From the NCBI GenBank assembly GCA_964016885.1, contig OZ024750.1, forward strand, positions 35,588,001 through 35,652,000: 64,000 nt of DNA, written 5' to 3'. The notes beneath the pieces were generated by a model, which was not told the DNA's origin, ran no database searches, and saw only the letters and a list, made by a program, of their open reading frames with translations. The position numbers were made by a program, and so were the translations under genes. This DNA comes from Eledone cirrhosa. Its lineage: Eukaryota. Numbering within the stretch: the stretch's first letter is position 1; each line of letters opens with the position of its first letter. Of the stretch, positions 21,278 to 34,900 are shown one piece after another.

Positions 21278-21954
21278 ATATATATATATGTATAAATAAA
21301 CTTAAAAGAAGAAATTACAGTTGTTTAAAACTAACATGATAGAACAAGCCTGAAAGAGATATACTTTTGGCTTGTATAAAATATATTTAGAAGACATAGT
21401 TGGCAGCTAACTGTCAAGTTTTTGGTAGCTTTCAGAAGTCTCTTTCATAAAGTACAAAGCTTTTAGATTTGATGGTAATGAAGACTGTCATTTAAGACTT
21501 ATCTAAATCATGTATAAGGTTGTTAGAAATAGGGTCAGAGTGAGCTATAGATTCAGTTATGAGTTTAGAGTTTCAGTGGACATCGACAATGTTTTTGTCA
21601 TAAGTCCTATTTATCATAATCTTTAATGTAACCACAAAGAGGATTAAGACTTTATAAACATGTGATCTTTTGAGTGCTGACCTGCATCTTATTTCAGAGT
21701 TTGTCATAAGAGTGGCAAGGAAAGACTTGAAAAAGTAAGTTAAGAAAAGAGAAATAAGAACACTAAAAGCTAATATGAGCAAAATAAAAATATCAGCCAT
21801 TAACACGGTTATAAATGTCTAGAAATCGGACAGAATTAGTTATTGCATGGTAGCAAGAAAGGTAATATATAAGAATTAAATATTAAATACACAAAACAGT
21901 GGAAAGATCTTTGAAAAACTGGCAAGAAACCAAATGTTTAGATGCAGCATAAGC

Positions 21955-22150
21955 AGCCAGCCTATGTGGTCATTCAACCTGCTAGAAATAGAAACCAAAT
22001 CTCACTCAACCTCCTTTAAAAAGGGAGAATATATAGTGCATCTAGAAATAAATTATCTTATATCTGCAATTAAGATGGATGACCATGGTTGGAATGCTAT
22101 TGATCATAGGTTTCCTCAATCAAGGCTCTTACTTGGTATTAAACAACTAT
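21955..22150 (+). mobile_element. Old SINE-like repeat, 3' portion
   Basis: gtggtcattcaacctgctagaaata...gatggatgaccatggttggaatgc...gatcatagg...taaacaac; recalled as resembling an abundant octopus repeat and weakly matches 14305-14490. Confidence 0.4.
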
Positions 22151-22580
22151 AAGTATAAACTAAGAGGTTACTAGAATAGAGAGAGAAGTGATGTTATGGT
22201 TAGAATTAAAATGGATATTTCTGACAACAATTATTAATTTTTTGTATTGTTTTTAACAGCTTAGTTAAAGTCTAAACTCATAACTGAATCTATAGCCAGA
22301 TATTTTACAGGGTGTATCTTATACTGTGGGTAGGAGAGAGAGGTTGGTCCTCAGACACAAGGTATACCCTATATTGAAGGTAGGGCAGACACGGAGTATA
22401 TCTTTTACTGTGTGAAGGAGGGGGGAAATTTCTCTGATACAGAGGGTAGTAAGGTAGAAGATTATCCTGAATACTTGCAACTGTGTTTATCCAACAAAAT
22501 TTCTTCAATGGCCAACTCGTGCTGTTAAACTCGACAACAGATTAAATCTATCACCTCAAAATAGAAATAATCCTTCCAAT

Positions 22581-22731
22581 AGGCTTCCACATGTTTTCTG
22601 CTTACCAAATCTCACTCACAAAGTTTTAGTTGATTCAAGTTTATAGTGGAAGATACTTGTTGAAGGTACTGTGCAGTGGAATTGAACCCAAAACCATTAT
22701 TTGTGTAAAAATCTTCTTAATCACACAGCCA
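22581..22731 (-). mobile_element. Degenerate tRNA-derived SINE head (third family)
   Basis: Minus strand: A-box-like tggctgtgtgattaag, B box gggttcaattcc, then a CORE-like accttcaacaagtatctt. Confidence 0.6.
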
Positions 22732-22961
22732 AGGTTGTGACCATCAATCATCATCATCATCATCACATCTGTTGATCCATGTTAGCATTTTCTGTTTGTT
22801 GCTTTCCTATGTCATCTCCATGAACTTTAATGATCTGGAATGGATACAATTTCACGTTAAAATATAGACAAAGAATTTACAACAATATATAAACTATGTA
22901 CAGTTCAATAGATATCAAATGATAACTCACAAGAAGTTTTAAGTAAAAATATGTTAAAAGA

Positions 22962-25900
22962 TAAACATGACATCAAATGTGTTGATAGCTGTTTATATGA
23001 GAGATGTTTGTGTAAACATGACATCAAATGTGTTGATAGCTGTTTATATGAGAGATGAATGTGTAAACATGACATCAAATGTGTTGATAGCTGTTTATAG
23101 GAGAGATGAATGTGTAAACATGACATCAAATGTGTTGATAGCTGTTTATATGAGAGATGTTTGTGTAAACATGACATCAAATGTGTTGATAGCTGTTTAT
23201 ATGAGAGATGGTTGTGTAAACATGACATCAAATGTGTTGATAGCTGTTTATATGAGAGATGTTTGTGTAAACATGACATCAAATGTGTTGATAGCTGTTT
23301 ATATGAGAGATGTTTGTGTAAACATGACATCAAATGTGTTGATAACTGTATATATGAGAGATGAATGTGTAAACATGACATCTAATGTGTTGATAGCTGT
23401 TTATATGAGAGATGAATGTGTAAACATGATATAAAATGTGTTGATAGCTGTTTATATGAGAGATGTTTGTGTAAACATGACATCAAATGTGTTGATAGCT
23501 GTTTATATGAGAGATGTTTGTGTGTGTAAACATGACATCAAATGTGTTGATAGCTGTTTATATGAGAGATGTTTGTGTAAACATGACATGAAATGTGTTG
23601 ATAGCTGTTTATATGAGAGATATTTGTGTAAACATGACATCAAATGTGTTGATAGCTGTATATATGAGAGATGAATGTGTAAACATGACATCAAATGTGT
23701 TGATAGCTGTTTATATGAGAGATGTTTGTGTAAACATGACATCAAATGTATTGATAGCTGTTTATATGAGAGATGTTTGTGTAAACATGACATCAAATGT
23801 GTTGATAGCTGTATATATGAGAGATGTTTGTGTAAACATGACATCAAATGTGTTGATAGGTGTTTATATGAGAGATGTTTGTGTAAATATGACATCAAAT
23901 GTGTTGATAGCTGTATATATGAGACATGTTTGTGTAAACATGACATCAAATGTGTTGATAGCTGTTTATATGAGAGATGAATGTGTAAACATGACATCAA
24001 ATGTGTTGATACCTGTATATATGAGAGATGAATGTGTAAACATGACATCAAATGTGTTGATAGCTGTTTATATGAGAGATGTTTGTGTAAAAATGACATC
24101 AAATGTGTTGAGAGCTGTGTATATGAGAGATGTTTGTGTAAACATGACATGAAATGTGTTGATAGCTGTGTATATGAGAGATGTTTGTGTAAACATGACA
24201 TGAAATGTGTTGATAGCTGTGTATATGAGAGATGTTTGTGTAAACATGACATCAAATGTGTTGATAGCAGTATATATGAGAGATGAATGTGTAAACATGA
24301 CATGAAATGTGTTGATAGCTGTTTATATGAGACATGAATGTGTAAACATGACATGAAATGTGTTGATAGCTGTTTATATGAGAGATGAATGTGTAAACAT
24401 GACATCAAATGTGTTGATAGCTGTTTATATGAGAGATGTTTGTGTAAATATGACATCAAATGTGTTGATAGCTGTATATATGAGACATGTTTGTGTAAAC
24501 ATGACATCAAATGTGTTGATAGCTGTTTATATGAGAGATGTTTGTGTAAACATGACATCAAATGTGTTGATAGCTGTTTATATGAGAGATGTTTGTGTGT
24601 GTAAACATGACATCAAATGTGTGGATAGCTGTTTATATGAGAGATGTTTGTGTAAACATGACATCAAATGTGTTGATAGCTGTGTATATGAGAGATGTTT
24701 GTGTAAACATGACATGAAATGTGTTGATAGCTGTGTATATTAGAGATGTTTGTGTAAACATGACATCAAATGTGTTGATAGCTGTGTATATGAGAGATGT
24801 TTGTGTAAACATGACATCAAATGTGTTGATAGCTGTTTATATGAGGGATGAATGTGTAAACATGACATCAAATGTGTTGATAGCTGTTTATATGAGAGAT
24901 GAATCTGTAAACATGACATCAAATGTGTTGATAGCTGTTTATATGAGAGATGTTTGTGTAAACATGACATCAAATGTGTTGATAGCTGTTTATATGAGAG
25001 ATATTTGTGTAAACATGACATCAAATGTATTGATAGCTGTTTATATGAGAGATGTTTGTGTAAACATGACATCAAATGTGTTGATAGCTGTATATATGAG
25101 AGATGTTTGTGTAAATATGACATCAAATGTGTTGATAGCTGTATATATGAGACATGTTTGTGTAAACATGACATCAAATGTGTTGATAGCTGTTTATATG
25201 AGAGATGAATGTGTAAACATGACATCAAATGTGTTGATACCTGTATATATGAGAGATGAATGTGTAAACATGACATCAAATGTGTTGATAGCTGTTTATA
25301 TGAGAGATGTTTGTGTATATGACATCAAATGTGTTGATAGCTGTATATATGAGACATGTTTGTGTAAACATGACATCAAATGTGTTGATAGCTGTTTATA
25401 TGAGAGATGTTTGTGTAAACATGACATCAAATGTGTTGATAGCTGTTTATATGAGAGATGTTTGTGTGTGTAAACATGACATCAAATGTGTGGATAGCTG
25501 TTTATATGAGAGATGTTTGTGTAAACATGACATCAAATGTGTTGATAGCTGTGTATATGAGAGATGTTTGTGTAAACATGACATGAAATGTGTTGATAGC
25601 TGTGTATATTAGAGATGTTTGTGTAAACATGACATCAAATGTGTTGATAGCTGTGTATATGAGAGAGGTTTGTGTAAACATGACATCAAATGTGTTGATA
25701 GCTGTATATATGAGAGATGAATGTGTAAACATGACATGAAATGTGTTGATAGCTGTTTATATGAGACATGAATGTGTAAACATGACATGAAATGTGTTGA
25801 TAGCTGTATATATGAGAGATGTTTGTGTAAAAAAGACATCAAAGGTATTGATAGCTGTTTATATGAGAGATGTTTGTGTAAACATGACATCAAATGTGTT

Positions 25901-28900
25901 GATAGCTGTTTATATGAGAGATGTTTGTGTAAACATGACATCAAATATGTTGATAGCTGTTTATATGAGAGATGAATGTGTAAACATGACATCAAATGTG
26001 TTGATAGCTGTTTATATGAGAGATGCTTGTGTAAACATGACATCAAATGTGTTGATAGCTGTTTATATGAGAGATGTTTGTGTAAACATGACATCAAATG
26101 TGTTGATAGCTGTATATATGATACATGTTTGTGTAAACATGACATCAAATGTGTTGATAGCTGTTTATATGAGAGATGAATGTGTAAACATGACATCAAA
26201 TGTGTTGATACCTGTATATATGAGAGATGAATGTGTAAACATGACATCAAATGTGTTGATAGCTGTTTATATGAGAGATGAATGTGTAAACATGACATCA
26301 AATGTGTTGAGAGCTGTGTATATGAGAGATGTTTGTGTAAACATGACATGAAATGTGTTGATAGCTGTGTATATGAGAGATGTTTGTGTAAACATGACAT
26401 CAAATGTGTTGATAGCTGTGTATATGAGAGATGTTTGTGTAAACATGACATCAAATGTGTTGATAGCAGTATATATGAGAGATGAATGTGTAAACATGAC
26501 ATGAAATGTGTTGATAGCTGTTTATATGAGACATGAATGTGTAAACATGACATGAAATGTGTTGATAGCTGTTTATATGAGAGATGTTTGTGTAAACATG
26601 ACATCAAATGTATTGATAGCTGTTTATATGAGAGATGTTTGTGTAAACATGACACCAAATGTATTGATAGCTGTTTATATGAGAGATGAATGTGTAAACA
26701 TGACATCAAATGTGTTGATAGCTGTATATATGAGAGATGAATGTGTAAACATGACATCAAATGTGTTGATAGCTGTTTATATGAGAGATGTTTGTGTAAA
26801 TATGACATCAAATGTGTTGATAGCTGTATATATGAGACATGTTTGTGTAAACATGACATCAAATGTGTTGATAGCTGTTTATATGAGAGATGTTTGTGTA
26901 AACATGACATCAAATGTGTTGATAGCTGTTTATATGAGAGATGTTTGTGTGTGTAAACATGACATCAAATGTGTGGATAGCTGTTTATATGAGAGATGTT
27001 TGTGTAAACATGACATCAAATGTGTTGATAGCTGTGTATATGAGAGATGTTTGTGTAAACATGACATGAAATGTGTTGATAGCTGTGTATATTAGAGATG
27101 TTTGTGTAAACATGACATCAAATGTGTTGATAGCTGTGTATATGAGAGATGTTTGTGTAAACATGACATCAAATGTGTTGATAGCTGTTTATATGAGAGA
27201 TGAATGTGTAAACATGACATCAAATGTGTTGATAGCTGTTTATATGAGAGATGAATCTGTAAACATGACATCAAATGTGTTGATAGCTGTTTATATGAGA
27301 GATGTTTGTGTAAACATGACATCAAATGTGTTGATAGCTGTTTATATGAGAGATATTTGTGTAAACATGACATCAAATGTATTGATAGCTGTTTATATGA
27401 GAGATGTTTGTGTAAACATGACATCAAATGTGTTGATAGCTGTATATATGAGAGATGTTTGTGTAAACATGACATCAAATGTGTTGATAGCTGTTTATAT
27501 GAGAGATGTTTGTGTAAATATGACATCAAATGTGTTGATAGCTGTATATATGAGACATGTTTGTGTAAACATGACATCAAATGTGTTGATAGCTGTTTAT
27601 ATGAGAGATGAATGTGTAAACATGACATCAAATGTGTTGATACCTGTATATATGAGAGATGAATGTGTAAACATGACATCAAATGTGTTGATAGCTGTTT
27701 ATATGAGAGATGTTTGTGTATATGACATCAAATGTGTTGATAGCTGTATATATGAGACATGTTTGTGTAAACATGACATCAAATGTGTTGATAGCTGTTT
27801 ATATGAGAGATGTTTGTGTAAACATGACATCAAATGTGTTGATAGCTGTGTATATGAGAGATGTTTGTGTAAACATGACATGAAATGTGTTGATAGCTGT
27901 GTATATTAGAGATGTTTGTGTAAACATGACATCAAATGTGTTGATAGCTGTGTATATGAGAGAGGTTTGTGTAAACATGACATCAAATGTGTTGATAGCT
28001 GTATATATGAGAGATGAATGTGTAAACATGACATGAAATGTGTTGATAGCTGTTTATATGAGACATGAATGTGTAAACATGACATGAAATGTGTTGATAG
28101 CTGTATATATGAGAGATGTTTGTGTAAAAAAGACATCAAAGGTATTGATAGCTGTTTATATGAGAGATGTTTGTGTAAACATGACATCAAATGTGTTGAT
28201 AGCTGTTTATATGAGAGATGTTTGTGTAAACATGACATCAAATATGTTGATAGCTGTTTATATGAGAGATGAATGTGTAAACATGACATCAAATGTGTTG
28301 ATAGCTGTTTATATGAGAGATGCTTGTGTAAACATGACATCAAATGTGTTGATAGCTGTTTATATGAGAGATGTTTGTGTAAACATGACATCAAATGTGT
28401 TGATAGCTGTTTATATGAGAGATGTTTGTGTAAACATGACATCAAATGTGTTGATAGGTGTTTATATGAGAGATGTTTGTGTAAACATGACATCAAATGT
28501 GTTGATAGCTGTTTATATGAGAGATGTTTGTGTAAACATGACATCAAATGTGTTGATAACTGTATATATGAGAGATGAATGTGTAAACATGACATCTAAT
28601 GTGTTGATAGCTGTTTATATGAGAGATGAATGTGTAAACATGACATAAAATGTGTTGATAGCTGTTTATATGAGAGATGTTTGTGTAAACATGACATCAA
28701 ATGTGTTGATAGCTGTTTATATGAGAGATGTTTGTGTAAACATGACATCAAATGTGTTGATAGCTGTTTATATGAGAGATGTTTGTGTGTGTAAACATGA
28801 CATCAAATGTGTTGATAGCTGTTTATATGAGAGATGTTTGTGTAAACATGACATGAAATGTGTTGATAGCTGTTTATATGAGAGATATTTGTGTAAACAT

Positions 28901-31900
28901 GACATCAAATGTGTTGATAGCTGTATATATGAGAGATGAATGTGGAAACATGACATCAAATGTGTTGATAGCTGTATATATGAGAGATGAATGTGTAAAC
29001 ATGACATCAAATGTGTTGATAGCTGTTTATATGAGAGATGTTTGTGTAAATATGACATCAAATGTGTTGATAGCTGTATATATGAGACATGTTTGTGTAA
29101 ACATGACATCAAATGTGTTGATAGCTGTTTATATGAGAGATGTTTGTGTAAACATGACATCAAATGTGTTGATAGCTGTTTATATGAGAGATGTTTGTGT
29201 GTGTAAACATGACATCAAATGTGTGGATAGCTGTTTATATGAGAGATGTTTGTGTAAACATGACATCAAATGTGTTGATAGCTGTGTATATGAGAGATGT
29301 TTGTGTAAACATGACATGAAATGTGTTGATAGCTGTGTATATTAGAGATGTTTGTGTAAACATGACATCAAATGTGTTGATAGCTGTGTATATGAGAGAT
29401 GTTTGTGTAAACATGACATCAAATGTGTTGATAGCTGTTTATATGAGAGATGAATGTGTAAACATGACATCAAATGTGTTGATAGCTGTTTATATGAGAG
29501 ATGAATGTGTAAACATGACATCAAATGTGTTGATAGCTGTTTATATGAGAGATGTTTGTGTAAACATGACATCAAATGTGTTGATAGCTGTTTATATGAG
29601 AGATATTTGTGTAAACATGACATCAAATGTATTGATAGCTGTTTATATGAGAGATGTTTGTGTAAACATGACATCAAATGTGTTGATAGCTGTATATATG
29701 AGAGATGTTTGTGTAAACATGACATCAAATGTGTTGATAGCTGTTTATATGAGAGATGTTTGTGTAAATATGACATCAAATGTGTTGATAGCTGTATATA
29801 TGAGACATGTTTGTGTAAACATGACATCAAATGTGTTGATAGCTGTTTATATGAGAGATGAATGTGTAAACATGACATCAAATGTGTTGATACCTGTATA
29901 TATGAGAGATGAATGTGTAAACCTGACATCAAATGTGTTGATAGCTGTTTATATGAGAGATGTTTGTGTATATGACATCAAATGTGTTGGTAGCTGTATA
30001 TATGAGACATGTTTGTGTAAACATGACATCAAATGTGTTGATAGCTGTTTATATGAGAGATGTTTGTGTAAACATGACATCAAATGTGTTGATAGCTGTT
30101 TATATGAGAGATGTTTGTGTGTGTAAACATGACATCAAATGTGTGGATAGCTGTTTATATGAGAGATGTTTGTGTAAACATGACATCAAATGTGTTGATA
30201 GCTGTGTATATGAGAGATGTTTGTGTAAACATGACATGAAATGTGTTGATAGCTGTGTATATTAGAGATGTTTGTGTAAACATGACATCAAATGTGTTGA
30301 TAGCTGTGTATATGAGAGAGGTTTGTGTAAACATGACATCAAATGTGTTGATAGCTGTATATATGAGAGATGAATGTGTAAACATGACATGAAATGTGTT
30401 GATAGCTGTTTATATGAGACATGAATGTGTAAACATGACATGAAATGTGTTGATAGCTGTATATATGAGAGATGTTTGTGTAAAAAAGACATCAAAGGTA
30501 TTGATAGCTGTTTATATGAGAGATGTTTGTGTAAACATGACATCAAATGTGTTGATAGCTGTTTATATGAGAGATGTTTGTGTAAACATGACATCAAATA
30601 TGTTGATAGCTGTTTATATGAGAGATGAATGTGTAAACATGACATCAAATGTGTTGATAGCTGTTTATGTGAGAGATGCTTGTGTAAACATGACATCAAA
30701 TGTGTTGAAAGCTGTTTATATGAGAGATGTTTGTGTAAACATGACATCAAATGTGTTGATAGCTGTATATATGATACATGTTTGTGTAAACATGACATCA
30801 AATGTGTTGATAGCTGTTTATATGAGAGATGAATGTGTAAACATGACATCAAATGTGTTGATACCTGTATATATGAGAGATGAATGTGTAAACATGACAT
30901 CAAATGTGTTGATAGCTGTTTATATGAGAGATGTTTGTGTAAACATGACATCAAATGTGTTGATAGCTGTGTATATGAGAGATGTTTGTGTAAACATGAC
31001 ATGAAATGTGTTGATAGCTGTGTATATGAGAGATGTTTGTGTAAACATGACATCAAATGTGTTGATAGCTGTGTATATGAGAGATGTTTGTGTAAACATG
31101 ACATGAAATGTGTTGATAGCTGTGTATATGAGAGATGTTTGTGTAAACATGACATCAAATGTGTTGATAGCTGTGTATATGAGAGAGGTTTGTGTAAACA
31201 TGACATCAAATGTGTTGATAGCTGTATATATGAGAGATGAATGTGTAAACATGACATGAAATGTGTTGATAGCTGTTTATATGAGACATGAATGTGTAAA
31301 CATGACATGAAATGTGTTGATAGCTGTTTATATGAGAGATGTTTGTGTAAACAAGACATCAAATGTATTGATAGCTGTTTATATGAGACATGTTTGTGTA
31401 AACATGACATCAAATGTGTTGATAGCTGTTTATATGAGAGATGAATGTGTAAACATGACATCAAATGTGTTGATACCTGTATATATGAGAGATAAATGTG
31501 TAAACATGACATCAAATGTGTTGATAGCTGTTTATATGAGAGATGTTTGTGTAAACATGACATCAAATGTGTTGATAGCTGTGTATATGAGAGATGTATG
31601 TGTAAACATGACATCAAATGTGTTGATAGCAGTATATATGAGAGATGAATGTGTAAACATGACATGAAATGTCTTGATAGCTGTTTATATGAGACATGAA
31701 TGTGTAAACATGACATGAAATTTGTTGATAGCTGTTTATATGAGAGATGTTTGTGTAAACATGACATCAAATGTATTGATAGCTGTTTATATGAGAGATG
31801 TTTGTGTAAACATGACACCAAATGTATTGATAGCTGTTTATATGAGAGATGAATGTGTAAACATGACATCAAATGTGTTGATAGCTGTATATATGAGAGA

Positions 31901-34900
31901 TGAATGTGTAAACATGACATCAAATGTGTTGATAGCTGTTTATATGAGAGATGTTTGTGTAAATATGACATCAAATGTGTTGATAGCTGTATATATGAGA
32001 CATGTTTGTGTAAACATGACATCAAATGTGTTGATAGCTGTTTATATGAGAGATGTTTGTGTAAACATGACATCAAATGTGTTGATAGCTGTTTATATGA
32101 GAGATGTTTGTGTGTGTAAACATGACATCAAATGTGTGGATAGCTGTTTATATGAGAGATGTTTGTGTAAACATGACATCAAATGTGTTGATAGCTGTGT
32201 ATATGAGAGATGTTTGTGTAAACATGACATGAAATGTGTTGATAGCTGTGTATATTAGAGATGTTTGTGTAAACATGACATCAAATGTGTTGATAGCTGT
32301 GTATATGAGAGATGTTTGTGTAAACATGACATCAAATGTGTTGATAGCTGTTTATATGAGAGATGAATGTGTAAACATGACATCAAATGTGTTGATAGCT
32401 GTTTATATGAGAGATGAATCTGTAAACATGACATCAAATGTGTTGATAGCTGTTTATATGAGAGATGTTTGTGTAAACATGACATCAAATGTGTTGATAG
32501 CTGTTTATATGGGAGATGTTTGTGTAAATATGACATCAAATGTGTTGATAGCTGTATATATGAGACATGTTTGTGTAAACATGACATCAAATGTGTTGAT
32601 AGCTGTTTATATGAGAGATGAATGTGTAAACATGACATCAAATGTGTTGATACCTGTATATATGAGAGATGAATGTGTAAACATGACATCAAATGTGTTG
32701 ATAGCTGTTTATATGAGAGATGTTTGTGTATATGACATCAAATGTGTTGATAGCTGTATATATGAGAGATGTTTGTGTAAACATGACATCAAATGTGTTG
32801 ATAGCTGTTTATATGAGAGATGTTTGTGTAAACATGACATCAAATGTGTTGATAGCTGTTTATATGAGAGATGTTTGTGTGTGTAAACATGACATCAAAT
32901 GTGTGGATAGCTGTTTATATGAGAGATGTTTGTGTAAACATGACATCAAATGTGTTGATAGCTGTGTATATGAGAGATGTTTGTGTAAACATGACATGAA
33001 ATGTGTTGATAGCTGTGTATATTAGAGATGTTTGTGTAAACATGACATCAAATGTGTTGATAGCTGTGTATATGAGAGAGGTTTGTGTAAACATGACATC
33101 AAATGTGTTGATAGCTGTATATATGAGAGATGAATGTGTAAACATGACATGAAATGTGTTGATAGCTGTTTATATGAGACATGAATGTGTAAACATGACA
33201 TGAAATGTGTTGATAGCTGTATATATGAGAGATGTTTGTGTAAAAAAGACATCAAAGGTATTGATAGCTGTTTATATGAGAGATGTTTGTGTAAACATGA
33301 CATCAAATGTGTTGATAGCTGTTTATATGAGAGATGTTTGTGTAAACATGACATCAAATATGTTGATAGCTGTTTATATGAGAGATGAATGTGTAAACAT
33401 GACATCAAATGTGTTGATAGCTGTTTATATGAGAGATGCTTGTGTAAACATGACATCAAATGTGTTGAAAGCTGTTTATATGAGAGATGTTTGTGTAAAC
33501 ATGACATCAAATGTGTTGATAGCTGTATATATGATACATGTTTGTGTAAACATGACATCAAATGTGTTGATAGCTGTTTATATGAGAGATGAATGTGTAA
33601 ACATGACATCAAATGTGTTGATACCTGTATATATGAGAGATGAATGTGTAAACATGACATCAAATGTGTTGATAGCTGTTTATATGAGAGATGTTTGTGT
33701 AAACATGACATGAAATGTGTTGATAGCTGTTTATATGAGAGATGTTTGTGTAAACAAGACATCAAAGGTATTGATAGCTGTTTATATGAGAGATGTTTGT
33801 GTAAACATGACATGAAATGTGTTGATAGCTGTTTATATGAGAGATGTTTGTGTAAACATGACATCAAATGTGTTGATAGCTCTTTATATGAGAGATGAAT
33901 GTGTAAACATGACATCAAATGTGTTGATAGCTGTTTATATGAGAGATGTTTGTGTAAACATGACATCAAATGTGTTGATAGCTGTATATATGAGAGATGT
34001 TTGTGTAAACATGACATCAAATGTGTTGATAGCTGTTTATATGAGAGATGTTTGTGTAAACAACACATCAAATGTGTTGATAGGTGTTTATATGAGAGAT
34101 GAATGTGTAACCATGACATCAAATGTGTTGATACCTGTATATATGAGAGATGTTTGTGTAAACATGACATCAAATGTGTGGATAGCTGTTTATATGAGAG
34201 ATGTTTGTGTAAACATGACATCAAATGTGTTGATAGCTGTGTATATGAGAGATGTTTGTGTAAACATGACATGAAATGTGTTGATAGCTGTGTATATGAG
34301 AGATGTTTGTGTAAACATGACATCAAATGTGTTGATAGCTGTGTATATGAGAGAAGTTTGTGTAAACATGACATCAAATGTGTTGATAGCTGTATATATG
34401 AGAGATGAATGTGTAAACATGACATGAAATGTGTTGATAGCTGTTTATATGAGACATGAATGTGTAAACATGACATAAAATGTGTTGATAGCTGTTTATA
34501 TGAGAGATGTTTGTGTAAACAAGACATCAAAGGTATTGATAGCTGTTTATATGAGAGATGTTTGTGTAAACATGACATCAAATGTGTTGATAGCTGTTTA
34601 TATGAGAGATGTTTGTGTAAACATGACATCAAATGTGTTGATAGCTGTTTATATGAGAGATGTTTGTGTAAACAAGACATCAAATGTGTTGATAGGTGTT
34701 TATATGAGAGATGAATGTGTAACCATGACATCAAATGTGTTGATACCTGTATATATGAGAGATGAATGTGTAAACATGACATCAAATGTGTGGATAGCTG
34801 TTTATATGAGAGATGTTTGTGTAAACATGACATCAAATTTGTTGATAGCTGTGTATATGAGAGATGTTTGTGTAAACATGACATGAAATGTGTTGATAGC

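Noticed and set aside
22305-22460. Degenerate short repeats (acag/acaagg-tatatctt-tactgtg)
   Set aside because: Too diverged and short to define a unit or a family.
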